DNA of 32,000 bases from Mycolicibacterium smegmatis (lineage in GTDB: Bacteria > Actinomycetota > Actinomycetes > Mycobacteriales > Mycobacteriaceae). Both the position numbers and the translations under genes were made by a program. A model generated the notes under the pieces. It had not been told where the DNA came from, ran no database searches, and saw only the letters and a program-made list of their open reading frames with translations. The number at the start of each line of letters is the position of its first letter. Within the stretch, counting starts at the first letter, position 1. The stretch spans positions 6,690,001 through 6,722,000 of the forward strand of contig NZ_LN831039.1 in NCBI RefSeq assembly GCF_001457595.1. The letters run 5' to 3'. Positions 1 to 9,422 of the stretch are shown piece by piece.

Positions 1-232
1 CGCACTCGGCCGCAGTCAGGCCCGTGCCGACGTCGACGGCCATGAGCCACAGCTGCTCGAAGTCGAGTTCGTCGAGCCGGCTCAGCACGGGATCGTCGTG
101 CGCGTGGGCCCGGTTGCGTGCCGTGACGTCGTGGCCCGCCGAGCGCAGTTCGTCGGCCAAAAGGGAGAACCGCGTGACGTCCCAGTCGTCGAGGTTCTCG
201 GTGATCGTGGTCTGCAGCAGGATTCTCGCCAT
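1..232 (-). CDS. Hypothetical protein, N-terminal part (3' end beyond window start)
   Basis: Reverse-strand translation from ATG at 232 reads MARILLQTTITENLDDWDVTRFSLLADELRSAGHDVTARNRAHAHDDPVLSRLDELDFEQLWLMAVDVGTGLTAAEC with no stop to the window edge. It is absent from the ORF track because no stop codon is included. The + strand ORF 24-353 is its antisense. Confidence 0.75.
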   Translation of the reverse strand, partial: MARILLQTTITENLDDWDVTRFSLLADELRSAGHDVTARNRAHAHDDPVLSRLDELDFEQLWLMAVDVGTGLTAAEC

Positions 233-330
233 CGGAATCACGCCTCTCGTTCCGCCGAGGGATGGGGTCGCACTTCAGCGTGACGCGGGTGATGCGTGGC
301 GCGGACCCTTGAGAATTCGTGGTCCGGTGA

Positions 331-1497
331 TCACTGGTCGGCGCGCAGTGTGAGCACGCTGATGTCGGGTGGCGCCCCGATGCGCACCGGCGGGCCCCAG
401 AAACCCGCACCCCTGGTCACGTACAGCTGGGTGTCGCCGACGGTCGACAGCCCGGCGAGCGACGGCTGCACAGCCGACACGACGTAGTGGAACGGCCACA
501 GCTGGCCGCCGTGCGTATGGCCCGAGAGCTGCAGGTCGACGCCCCGTTCGGCGGCCTCGGTGACCTGGACCGGCTGATGCGCGAGCAGGACCGTCGCCTG
601 CGACGGGGCGACGCCGGCCAGGGCCCGGTCGAGGTCCGGTGGGTCCGAACTCCGTTCCCCGGCCACGTCGTTGACGCCGGCGAGCGCGAACGACGCACGG
701 CCGCGCCGGATCGGGGTGTTCTCGTTGCGCAGCGGCGCGACGCCGAGCCGCTCGAGTTCACGCAGCCACTCGCCGGTCTCGTCGGTGAAGTACTCGTGGT
801 TGCCGGTGACGAAGAAGCTGCCTTCGCGGGCCGCCAGGTCCTGCAACGGTTCCACCGCGGCGCCCAGTTCGCTGACCGTGCCGTCGACGAGGTCGCCGAC
901 GATCGCGACGAGATCGGGCTCGGTTTCGTTGATCATCCGCACGATCCGCTCGGTGTGCGATCGGCCCAGCATGGGCCCCAGGTGGATGTCGGACACCACC
1001 GCGATGCGGAAGCCGTTGAACGCCGGGTCGATTCGTCCCAGCCGGACGGGAACCTGCAGCATTTTGGGCGGTCCCAGCGCGATCGACGCGCCGGTGCCGA
1101 CGAGCGCCACCGACGCCACACCCGCGGCCACCGCACCGCCGCGCGCGAGGAACATCCGCCGGTTGACCGCCGTCGATTCAGGCGCTGCTTCCTGCGCGCC
1201 GCCACGTTTGACCCACCGCCGCAGCACCAACCGCACGGGCTCGAGCACCAGCAGCGTCAGCACGAGGTAGAACACCAGCGCCAACCACACGAACCCGGGC
1301 CAGGACAGCCACGCCGCCTCGCGGATGTCGAACACCCGCGGGACGATCAGCCCCGCGAACAACAGCGCCGTCGGGATCAGGAACAGCACGGTGGCCACGC
1401 GTCGTGACCGGCCCGGCGTCGTGGTGTTCTTCGCCAGCCGCGTCCACACATAGAAGTGCATCGACGCGAGCACGACGATCAGCACGACGATGAACAT
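331..1497 (-). CDS. Membrane-anchored metallophosphoesterase (YkuE/YaeI-like)
   Basis: 388 aa; N-terminal hydrophobic segments, then calcineurin-like motifs VSDIHLGPMLG, VGDLVDG, FFVTGNHEYF, LLAHQP and LSGHTHGGQLWP. Confidence 0.92.
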   Translation of the reverse strand: MFIVVLIVVLASMHFYVWTRLAKNTTTPGRSRRVATVLFLIPTALLFAGLIVPRVFDIREAAWLSWPGFVWLALVFYLVLTLLVLEPVRLVLRRWVKRGGAQEAAPESTAVNRRMFLARGGAVAAGVASVALVGTGASIALGPPKMLQVPVRLGRIDPAFNGFRIAVVSDIHLGPMLGRSHTERIVRMINETEPDLVAIVGDLVDGTVSELGAAVEPLQDLAAREGSFFVTGNHEYFTDETGEWLRELERLGVAPLRNENTPIRRGRASFALAGVNDVAGERSSDPPDLDRALAGVAPSQATVLLAHQPVQVTEAAERGVDLQLSGHTHGGQLWPFHYVVSAVQPSLAGLSTVGDTQLYVTRGAGFWGPPVRIGAPPDISVLTLRADQ

Positions 1498-1524
1498 GCA
1501 CTCCCTTTCGGAAATGCCGTCAGC

Positions 1525-2202
1525 TTAGTTCGCGGCGCGCCGAACCAGCTCGTCGATTGCCGAGGGGTCGTCGGTGTCGACCACCGGGAAGCCGGATCCG
1601 GGTTCGCCCTCCCAGTGCAATTCGATCCCCGGGTTGTGGACGTCGGATCCGTCGGCGAGGAAGAAGTGCGGGCTGCCCTGCACGTCGTCGGCGTGCGCGC
1701 GGTAGGTGCGCATCATCTCGGCGCGCGCGGTGCCCTCGTCGAGGTCGCGGCGCAGCGCCTCGGCATCGACGTCGGCGCATCCTCCCGCGATGTCGACGAT
1801 CTCGTGCAGCAGCGATATGGGTCTGCTGTCGGTGAAGAACGCATGACGGATCGCCATGTCGAGTTGTTCTGCGGCCTTGGGAGATTGGCGTTTGGCAGCG
1901 TGCACGGCCTCATTGGCGAGCAGCGAGGTGATCGGCCATTCCGACGCCTCACCCTGCCACGGCGCCCACCCGAAGTCCGGCGCCAGCGCACCGACCACGG
2001 GAATCTCGCTGTCCAGGAACCGTTTCGGGATCGGGAAGCGGTTGACGTCCTCCAGCAGGTACAGCTGATGGTCGACGTGCAGCGCGTCGGACAGACCCGC
2101 GCGCTCACGGGCCTGATAGAACCGGTGCAGCGCCACGGTCGCCCAGCCGCACACCACGTCGCTGAACAGCACGACGGTTCCGGGTTTCACATGCACGCTC
2201 AT
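1525..2202 (-). CDS. DsbA/FrnE-family thioredoxin-fold oxidoreductase
   Basis: 225 aa; FSDVVCGWATVALHRFYQAR N-terminus and HDDVQGSPHFFLADG-like cis-Pro region (ADDVQGSPHFFLADGSDVHNPG). Typical DSBA-like layout with a degenerate active site. Confidence 0.75.
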   Translation of the reverse strand: MSVHVKPGTVVLFSDVVCGWATVALHRFYQARERAGLSDALHVDHQLYLLEDVNRFPIPKRFLDSEIPVVGALAPDFGWAPWQGEASEWPITSLLANEAVHAAKRQSPKAAEQLDMAIRHAFFTDSRPISLLHEIVDIAGGCADVDAEALRRDLDEGTARAEMMRTYRAHADDVQGSPHFFLADGSDVHNPGIELHWEGEPGSGFPVVDTDDPSAIDELVRRAAN

Positions 2203-3380
2203 GGCTTCAGGATGATCTTGACGGCGCCGTCCTGTTTCTTCTGGAAGATCTCGTAGGCGTGCGGCGCCTCGTCGATGGGCAGTATGTGCGTGGCGAAGTC
2301 GTCGACGCCCAACGGGTCGTCGTCGCCGAGCAACGGCATGATGTCGTCAACCCACCGCTTGACGTTGGCCTGACCCATGCGCAGTTGGATCTGCTTGTCG
2401 AACAACGTGAGCATCGGGATCGGGTCGGCGGTGCCCCCGTACACGCCGATCAGCGAGATCGTGCCGCCGCGGCGCACGGTGTCGATCGCCGAGTACAGCG
2501 CGTCGAGCCGGTCGACGCCGGCGTTCTCCATCATCGGTTTGGCCACCGCGTCGGGCAGCGCGGCCGCCGCGGTCTGCATGATCTTCGCGACGGGTGAGCC
2601 GTGTGCCTCCATGCCGACCGCGTCGATCACCGCGTCGGTGCCCCGGCCGTGGGTCATCGACCGGATGACGTCGCCGAGCGGTTCGTCGATCGCACCCAGA
2701 TCGATGGCCTGGATGCCGCGGTCGGCGGCGCGGCGCAGTCGCTCGGGGATGCGGTCCACCGCGAACACCTCATAGCCGAGGTGGTGCGCGATGCGCGCGG
2801 CCATGTCGCCGATCGGCCCGAGGCCCAGCACGGTCACCGTGCCGCCTTTGGGGATCTCGGCGTAGGCAACCGACTGCCATGCGGTGGGCAGCACGTCGGA
2901 CAGGTACACGTATCGCGAGTCGGGTGGCCCGTCGGGCACCTTGATGTGGGTGAACTGGGCCTGCGGCACGCGCAGATACTGCGCCTGCCCGCCGGGCACG
3001 CTGCCGTACAACTCGGAGTAGCCGAACAACGCCGCGCCCATGCCCTGCTCGCGCACCTGGGTCGTCTCGCACTGCGTGTAGAGCTTCTGGTCGCACATGA
3101 AACAGTGCCCGCACGAGATCTGGAACGGTATGACGACGCGGTCGCCGACCGACAGGCCGTCCACGGCCGATCCGACCTCGCGCACGATGCCCATCGGCTC
3201 GTGGCCCAGGATGTCACCCTCGTTCATGAATGCGCCCAGCACCTCGTACAGGTGCAGATCGGAGCCGCAGATGTTGGTCGAGGTCACCTCGATGATGGCG
3301 TCGGTGGGCTGCTCGATCTTCGGGTCGGGCACGTTGTCCACTCGGACGTCGCGCCTGCCGTGCCAGGTGACCGCTTTCAC
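2199..3380 (-). CDS. Zinc-dependent alcohol/formaldehyde dehydrogenase (MDR family)
   Basis: VKAVTWHGRRDVRVDNVPDP...NICGSDLH, GHEPMGIVREVG, GHCFMCDQKLYTQC (structural Zn) and VLGLGPIGDMAARIA (Rossmann). GTG start at 3380 chosen over the long upstream extension in the track. Overlaps the next gene by 4 bp. Confidence 0.9.
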   Translation of the reverse strand: MKAVTWHGRRDVRVDNVPDPKIEQPTDAIIEVTSTNICGSDLHLYEVLGAFMNEGDILGHEPMGIVREVGSAVDGLSVGDRVVIPFQISCGHCFMCDQKLYTQCETTQVREQGMGAALFGYSELYGSVPGGQAQYLRVPQAQFTHIKVPDGPPDSRYVYLSDVLPTAWQSVAYAEIPKGGTVTVLGLGPIGDMAARIAHHLGYEVFAVDRIPERLRRAADRGIQAIDLGAIDEPLGDVIRSMTHGRGTDAVIDAVGMEAHGSPVAKIMQTAAAALPDAVAKPMMENAGVDRLDALYSAIDTVRRGGTISLIGVYGGTADPIPMLTLFDKQIQLRMGQANVKRWVDDIMPLLGDDDPLGVDDFATHILPIDEAPHAYEIFQKKQDGAVKIILKP

Positions 3381-3462
3381 TGCCTGCTCCCCTCGTTGGT
3401 TGTGAGGTGGGCTACCCCACCGGAGCTGGCCCAAACCTTGGCCCGGGGCGTCTGGCACGCTG

Positions 3463-6018
3463 GTGACCACCATGACCGACTCCTCCCAGCTGCTCGCCGA
3501 TCCGGCCGATCTGTCCGGTGTGCGCGCGATCGGGGCCGATCCCGACGAGTTGTTCGCGTCGTTCGCCGCGTGGGCCGAGGCCAACGGCACCACGCTGTAC
3601 CCGGCGCAGGAGGAGGCGCTGATCGAACTGGTCAGCGGCGCGAACGTGATCCTCGCGACGCCGACCGGGTCCGGGAAGTCCCTCGTGGCGACCGGCGCGT
3701 TGTACGCCGCGCTCGCGGCGGGCAGGCGCAGCTACTACACCGCACCCATCAAGGCCCTGGTCAGCGAGAAGTTCTTCGCGTTGTGCGACGTGTTCGGCGC
3801 GGTCAACGTCGGCATGCTCACCGGGGACGCGGCCGTGAACTCCGATGCGCCGATCATCGTGTGCACCGCCGAGGTGCTGGCCAACATCGCGCTGCGCGAG
3901 GGCGGCGACGGACCGCTGGGCACGCAGCCGTGCATGGTCGTCATGGACGAGTTCCACTTCTACGGTGACCCCGACCGCGGCTGGGCGTGGCAGGTGCCGC
4001 TGCTGGAGCTGCCGAGTGCGCAGTTCCTGCTGATGTCGGCCACGCTCGGCGACGTCACGTTCCTGCGCGCAGACCTCACGCGCCGCACCGGGCGCACCAC
4101 CGCACTGGTGGCCAACGCGGCCCGGCCCGTGCCGCTGTTCTACAGCTACGCGACCACACCCATGCACGAGACCATCACCGACCTGCTCGACACCAGACAG
4201 GCCCCGATCTACGTCGTGCACTTCACGCAGGCCGCGGCGCTGGAACGCGCACAGGCGCTCATGAGCATCAACGTCGCGACCAAGGACGAGAAGGCCGCGC
4301 TGCGGGACATGATCGGCGCGTTCCGCTTCTCGACGTCGTTCGGTTCGACGCTGTCGCGCCTGGTGCGCCACGGCATCGGCGTGCACCACGCGGGCATGCT
4401 GCCCAAGTACCGCAGGCTGGTCGAGCAGCTGGCACAGGCCGGCCTGCTCAAGATCATCTGCGGCACAGACACTCTGGGCGTCGGCATCAACGTCCCGATC
4501 CGCACCGTGGTGTTCTCGGCGCTGTCGAAGTACGACGGCACCCGCACGCGCCTGCTCAACGCGCGCGAGTTCCACCAGATCGCCGGGCGGGCCGGGCGCG
4601 CCGGGTTCGACACCGCGGGCACCGTGGTGGTGCAGGCCCCCGAACACGAGGTGGAGAACCTCAAGCAGTTCGCGAAGGTCGCCGACGACCCGAAGAAACG
4701 TCGGAAGCTGGTGCGCCGCAAGGCCCCTGCGGGCATGGTGCCGTGGAGCGAAACGACCATGACGCGTCTTGTGGAGGCACCGCCGGAGCCGTTGAGCAGC
4801 AACATGCGGGTGACGACGTCGATGATCCTCGACGTCGTGGACCGCCCCGGCGATCCGTTCGTGGCGATGCGCAGGCTGCTCACCGACAACCACGAACCCC
4901 GCAAGCGCCAGTTGCAGCTCATCCGCGAGGCGGTCGGCATCGCGCGGTCGCTGTTGCAGGCCGGGGTGCTCGAGCGCCTCGACACACCGGACGCCGACGG
5001 CAGGCGGTACCGGCTGACCGTCGATCTGCCACCGGATTTCGCGCTCAACCAACCGTTGTCGACGTTCGCGCTCGCCGCCGTCGACGTCCTCGACACCGAC
5101 TCGGACACCTACGCACTGGACGTGGTGTCGGTGATCGAGGCGACGCTGGAGGATCCGCGGCAGATCCTGGCGGCTCAGCTCAACAAGGCCAGGGGCGAGG
5201 CCGTCGCGCAGATGAAGGCCGACGGCATCGAGTACGACGAGCGCATCGAACTGCTCGACGACATCACCTACCCCAAGCCGCTGGAAGAACTGCTGGAGCA
5301 CACCTACGAGGTGTATCTGCAGACCAATCCGTGGGCCGCGGACGCGCGGCTGTCACCGAAGTCGGTGGTCCGCGAGATGTGGGAACGGGGCATGACGTTC
5401 CGCGAGTACATCAGCGCCTATGGCCTGACCCGCTCCGAGGGCGCCGTGCTGCGGTACCTGTCCGACGCGTTCAAGGCGTTGCGGTCCGGGGTGCCCGCGG
5501 CGGCACGCACCGAGGAACTCACCGACATCGTCGAGTGGCTCGGCGAACTGGTGCGCCAGGTCGATTCGAGCCTGCTCGACGAGTGGGAGCAGCTCACCAG
5601 CCCGGATCAGCCGCTCGACGCGCCCGTCACGGTGCCTGCGCGTCCACGCCCGCTGACCGGCAACGAGCGCGCGTTCACCGCGATGGTGCGCAACGCGCTG
5701 TTCCGCCGGGTCGAGTTGTTCGCGCGGGAACGCTGGGACGAGCTCGGCGGGCTCGACGACGACTGGAACGCCGAACGCTGGCGCGAGGTGGGCGACGCGT
5801 ACTTCGCCGAGCACGACGACGTCGGCACCGGAGCGGACGCGCGCGGCCCTGCGCTGCTGATGATCGACCGCAGGCCCGATGTGTGGCACGTGCGCCAGAT
5901 CCTCGACGATCCGGCAGGCGACCACGACTGGGGTTTCAGCGTCGAAGTGGACCTCGCGGCCTCAGACGAGGAGGGCACCGCCGTGTTGCGGATGGTCGAC
6001 GCGGGCCGGCTGGACTGA
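3463..6018 (+). CDS. Ski2-like DExH-box ATP-dependent RNA/DNA helicase (C-terminal DUF3516-type region)
   Basis: 851 aa; ATPTGSGKSLVA (Walker A), VVMDEFHFY (DExH), LMSATLG, GVHHAGMLPKYR and QIAGRAGRAGFDTAG (motif VI). Confidence 0.92.
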   Translation: MTTMTDSSQLLADPADLSGVRAIGADPDELFASFAAWAEANGTTLYPAQEEALIELVSGANVILATPTGSGKSLVATGALYAALAAGRRSYYTAPIKALVSEKFFALCDVFGAVNVGMLTGDAAVNSDAPIIVCTAEVLANIALREGGDGPLGTQPCMVVMDEFHFYGDPDRGWAWQVPLLELPSAQFLLMSATLGDVTFLRADLTRRTGRTTALVANAARPVPLFYSYATTPMHETITDLLDTRQAPIYVVHFTQAAALERAQALMSINVATKDEKAALRDMIGAFRFSTSFGSTLSRLVRHGIGVHHAGMLPKYRRLVEQLAQAGLLKIICGTDTLGVGINVPIRTVVFSALSKYDGTRTRLLNAREFHQIAGRAGRAGFDTAGTVVVQAPEHEVENLKQFAKVADDPKKRRKLVRRKAPAGMVPWSETTMTRLVEAPPEPLSSNMRVTTSMILDVVDRPGDPFVAMRRLLTDNHEPRKRQLQLIREAVGIARSLLQAGVLERLDTPDADGRRYRLTVDLPPDFALNQPLSTFALAAVDVLDTDSDTYALDVVSVIEATLEDPRQILAAQLNKARGEAVAQMKADGIEYDERIELLDDITYPKPLEELLEHTYEVYLQTNPWAADARLSPKSVVREMWERGMTFREYISAYGLTRSEGAVLRYLSDAFKALRSGVPAAARTEELTDIVEWLGELVRQVDSSLLDEWEQLTSPDQPLDAPVTVPARPRPLTGNERAFTAMVRNALFRRVELFARERWDELGGLDDDWNAERWREVGDAYFAEHDDVGTGADARGPALLMIDRRPDVWHVRQILDDPAGDHDWGFSVEVDLAASDEEGTAVLRMVDAGRLD

Positions 6019-6024
6019 TCCGGG

Positions 6025-6744
6025 TCATTTCCAGGCGAACACGGGTTGTTCGAGGTCGTACACCGGATCGGGCCTGCCCTCCAGGCACAGTCGGCGGACC
6101 TGCAGCAGCACGGCCCCGGTCGGCGCGTGGATCAGGTCGTTGCCCAGCGGAATCTGCACCACCGGGCGTGGGCTCTCGGGGATCGCGACGAACCGCGGTG
6201 AATCCTCGCGTTGCAACTGATGCAGCCCAACCCGGTAGGCGGCCACCACCTCGTCGGGCGACGGGGACACGTCGAGACGCCCGCCGCCCCAGATCACGAC
6301 CGGGGTGATGACGTATCCCGATCGGGTCGGGTAGTCGTCGAGCAGGCCCAGCACGGTCGATTCGGGCAGCCGGACGCCGAGTTCCTCGTCGAGTTCGCGC
6401 AGGGCGGCCTCTTCGACGGTCTCGCCGGGATCCACCCGCCCGCCGGGCAGTGCCCACTGCGCGGAGTGCGATGTGAGCCGCGCTGCGCGCCGGCACATCA
6501 GGAACGCCGCGCCGCCGGACACGTCGACCATGCGTCCGTCCAGCCCGGCCTCCAGGACGGGCCTGCCGCCGATCCAGTCCTCGACCGGCGCCGGGTCGAC
6601 CCGGTCCTCGCCGAGCTCGGAGTCCACCAGCACCACCGCGACCGCGGCGTGCCGCTTGGTGGGGTCGGTCGTCACCCGACGGTCGTGGCCCGCCAGGTGG
6701 GTGCGGATGCGTTCCCGCAGGGCGTCGTCGTAGGCGATGGTCAC
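6025..6744 (-). CDS. NUDIX hydrolase (CoA pyrophosphatase-like)
   Basis: 239 aa; NUDIX box GGRVDPGETVEEAALRELDEELGV. Confidence 0.9.
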   Translation of the reverse strand: MTIAYDDALRERIRTHLAGHDRRVTTDPTKRHAAVAVVLVDSELGEDRVDPAPVEDWIGGRPVLEAGLDGRMVDVSGGAAFLMCRRAARLTSHSAQWALPGGRVDPGETVEEAALRELDEELGVRLPESTVLGLLDDYPTRSGYVITPVVIWGGGRLDVSPSPDEVVAAYRVGLHQLQREDSPRFVAIPESPRPVVQIPLGNDLIHAPTGAVLLQVRRLCLEGRPDPVYDLEQPVFAWK

Positions 6745-6782
6745 CGATCGACCATATGTCCGGGCCCATATCCAGGGCTTGC

Positions 6783-7951
6783 CTAGGGGGAGTCCTTGCG
6801 GCCCGCGAGGCGTTTGATGATGCGGATCTCACCGTCGCGATAGGCCCTGCCGTCGGTGTGGAACAGGTCGTGGAACCACGGGTTGGGCGGCGCCGGATAC
6901 GGGTGATCCCACGAATCCCACGGCAGGTAGGTCTGGGTTTTTCCGGCCACGAAACCCCAGCAGTAGGCGCCCACGTTGCGCCGCTTGGTAACGGGAAGGA
7001 CGCCCTCGATGGTGCTGCCCTGTGAGCGCGCCAGGTACTCGGTACACAGCATCGGCCGGCGCATCGGGGCGAGCTCGCCGATGCGGTTCTCGAAGCCGGC
7101 CGGGTCGTCGTAGCTGTGGAACGTGATGATGTCGGAGTTGTCCAGCTGGATCTTGCAGATCTCGGTGCGCTTGGCGGGATCGGCCCATTCGCCCTCCCAC
7201 ACGCCGCTGGTCAGCGGCTGGATCGGGTCGACCGAGCGGGCCCAGCGGAACACCTGCGGCAGCAGGTCGGCGACGAACTCCAGCTTGTCGCGGCGTTCGA
7301 CCTTGCGATACACCGCGGCCGGGTTGTCGGGTTCGTTCCACAGATCCCAGCCCAGGATCCGCCGGTCGGTGCGGAAACGGGTGATCACGCCGGTCACGTA
7401 CTCCCGCAGATGGCGGTGCCTGCGCCGGTCGAGGTACACGGCCCCCGGGCTCTGCACCCAGCCCGAGTTGTGCACACCTGGGCGCGGCGCGTGCTGGCGA
7501 CCCAACTTGGGCAACGGATCCCAACACGAATCGAACAGGACGAGCAGGGGTTTGATGCCGTGGCTCGACGCCAGGGCAATGAACTGCGCGAGCCGTTCCA
7601 GGAACCCGGTGCGGTCCTGATGCCACAGCAGGTCGTGCAGGAACACCCGTACCGTGTTGAAGCCGATCAACCGGGCCATCCGCAGTTCCCGGTCGATCTG
7701 CTGCGGGTCGTAGGTGTCCGGCTGGAACATCTCGAGCTGGTTGATCGCGTTGGACGGGATGAAATTGGCGCCTACCAGCCACCCTTGCGCGTCGTACCAG
7801 CGGTTGGCCCGCTCCACCGACCAGCGGGGGGCCTTCGCCTCGGCGCGCGGCATCGAGGTCCATGCGCCGAGCCCGGTGATGCCGGTGACGGCCAGCGGAA
7901 GCTTGAGCACGTTGCGCCTGGCCATGGCTCGACCGTCCGGGCCGGACGTCA
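6783..7951 (-). CDS. Exported glycoside hydrolase, GH5/cellulase-like TIM barrel
   Basis: MARRNVLKLPLAVTGITGLGA Tat-like signal (start may be 7925), GFNTVRVFLHDLLW, GWDLWNEPDNP (catalytic NEP), MLCTEYLARS and GAYCWGFVAGKTQT. Confidence 0.85.
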
Positions 7952-8065
7952 TACTGTGCGTGCGAAACAAACTGCGGTCCTTCATGTTCGGGGACGACCG
8001 TACTGCCACGGTGTACCCCGCGAGCGCCCCGGACGAATCCGGGATGTGCGACCGCACCGGGCGTG

Positions 8066-8452
8066 TCAGCCCAATGCGCGCCAATGCTGGTCGTCGTCCT
8101 GTGAACGCTCCGCAGCATCGAGGCGGCGCCACAAGTCGGTCAGGTCGATGTCATTGGCCTGGCGTGGCCGGTGCCGGTAGAACTTGGTCTCGTCGAAGCT
8201 CTGCGGGCACCGGAACTTGTGCAACGTCAGGCAGCGTACCGGCCAGCGGGCCTGGTGCACGCAGTCCAGGTCGATCACCAGCCGCGTACGACGGTCCACG
8301 GCGAAGCGGTTTCCCTCAAAAGTGTCCTGCGTCAACTTCATTGACGCGTCGAACAGGTACCAGCCGCCGTAGAGTGTCTTCAACCACACCGTGTCGGCCT
8401 CACAGTGCCGGCACGGCGCCACTACCGAAGGTGCATTGCTGTCGACCAGCAT
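8066..8452 (-). CDS. Small conserved hypothetical protein with Cys/His cluster (possible zinc-binding)
   Basis: MLVDSNAPSVVAPCRHCEADTVWLKTLYGGWYLFDASMKLTQ...; 128 aa from ATG at 8452. The longer ORF in the track is an extension into the neighbouring gene. Confidence 0.7.
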   Translation of the reverse strand: MLVDSNAPSVVAPCRHCEADTVWLKTLYGGWYLFDASMKLTQDTFEGNRFAVDRRTRLVIDLDCVHQARWPVRCLTLHKFRCPQSFDETKFYRHRPRQANDIDLTDLWRRLDAAERSQDDDQHWRALG

Positions 8453-8508
8453 GCGCCCCAGGCTACAAGAAGCCGCCGACAGGCTCCGCTCGACACAGGA
8501 CGCGCAGC

Positions 8509-9360
8509 TCAGCTCAGCTTGCCGAGCATTTCTGCGTAGTGGTCGATGAACTCGAGCGTCGCCGTGTGGTCGCTGCCCCCGCGGCGCCCACCACCGATGA
8601 CGGTGCGGTTGAACCCCAGGTCGCGATATCGCGCGAGAACGTCGACGCCGGGATCTCCCCACGCCATGATCGTCAGGTCGAGCGTCGCCGGATCGCGACC
8701 CGCATCCTCTGCGGTGCGCCTGAACCGGGTCAGGGCCCGCTCGACGTCGCGCAATGCGGCGTCGCCGGGCAACCACCCGTCGGCCCACGCCAGGCATTCA
8801 CGGATGGCGTTCGGGCCGGTCGCCGCGGCGAGCACCGGGGGCCGTGGCCGCTGGTGCGGTTTGGGGTGCGACCACACGGGGTCGAAGTCGAAGAACTCGC
8901 CGTGATGTTCTGATTCGTCGTCCCGCCACAGCACATCGAGCGCACCGACCATGTCACCGAGCGCACGGTATCTCGCCTGCCACGGGATGCTGGTCGCCAC
9001 CTCGAGTTCGGCGCGGGCCCCCACACCCACCCCGAACAACAGGCGCCCTCCGCTCATGCGGTCCAACGTGGCCACCTGCTTTGCCAGCGTGAACAATTCG
9101 TGTTCCAGCGGCAACGCCACCGCGGTCGCCAGCCGCAATGTCGTGGTGGCCTGCGCGGCCATCATCAGCGACAGCAGCGGATCCCGGATCTGTCTCTGCG
9201 CTCTGAGCAACCCGGGGTGGAACTGGCCGGCCGCGGCGACCGGTATCTGGGGATGCTCACCGACCCAGAGCGATTCGAAGCCGCGGGATTCCAGTTCGCG
9301 GGCGAGCACGTCGGGGGCGAGGTCACGCGGTGTGTTCAGCGAGACGAAACCCAGATCCAT
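8509..9360 (-). CDS. LLM-class flavin-dependent (F420-type) oxidoreductase
   Basis: MDLGFVSLNTPRDLAPDVLARELESRGFESLWVGEHPQIP...RDPLLSLMMAAQATTTLRLATAVALPLEHELFTLAKQVATLDRMSGGRLLFGVGVG: canonical luciferase-like family pattern. Confidence 0.92.
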   Translation of the reverse strand: MDLGFVSLNTPRDLAPDVLARELESRGFESLWVGEHPQIPVAAAGQFHPGLLRAQRQIRDPLLSLMMAAQATTTLRLATAVALPLEHELFTLAKQVATLDRMSGGRLLFGVGVGARAELEVATSIPWQARYRALGDMVGALDVLWRDDESEHHGEFFDFDPVWSHPKPHQRPRPPVLAAATGPNAIRECLAWADGWLPGDAALRDVERALTRFRRTAEDAGRDPATLDLTIMAWGDPGVDVLARYRDLGFNRTVIGGGRRGGSDHTATLEFIDHYAEMLGKLS

Positions 9361-9383
9361 CGAGACTCCATCCGTCGGGTGCT

Positions 9384-9395
9384 GTACGATCGTAC
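9384..9395. promoter_or_regulatory. Perfect 12-bp palindrome GTACGATCGTAC in the divergent LLM/P450 promoter (extended GCTGTACGATCGTACGGC, 9381-9398)
   Basis: Read directly from sequence; sits in the 62-bp gap between divergent starts at 9360 and 9423. A 14/18 related site is at 13235-13252. Confidence 0.65.
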
Positions 9396-9422
9396 GGCAT
9401 ACGCCGGTTGACGAGGAGTGCC

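Noticed and set aside
2601-3968. 455-aa + strand ORF antisense to the alcohol dehydrogenase and into the helicase gene
   Set aside because: Arg/Ala/Gly-rich low-complexity translation typical of antisense frames in high-GC DNA; the opposite strand and overlapping frame encode clear enzyme families.
3412-5301. 629-aa minus-strand ORF antisense to the helicase
   Set aside because: No recognisable domains and composition typical of an antisense frame; the sense strand encodes an intact Ski2-like helicase.
3987-6308. 773-aa + strand ORF overlapping the helicase
   Set aside because: Shifted frame of the helicase gene; its translation is Arg/Gly-rich with no family motifs.
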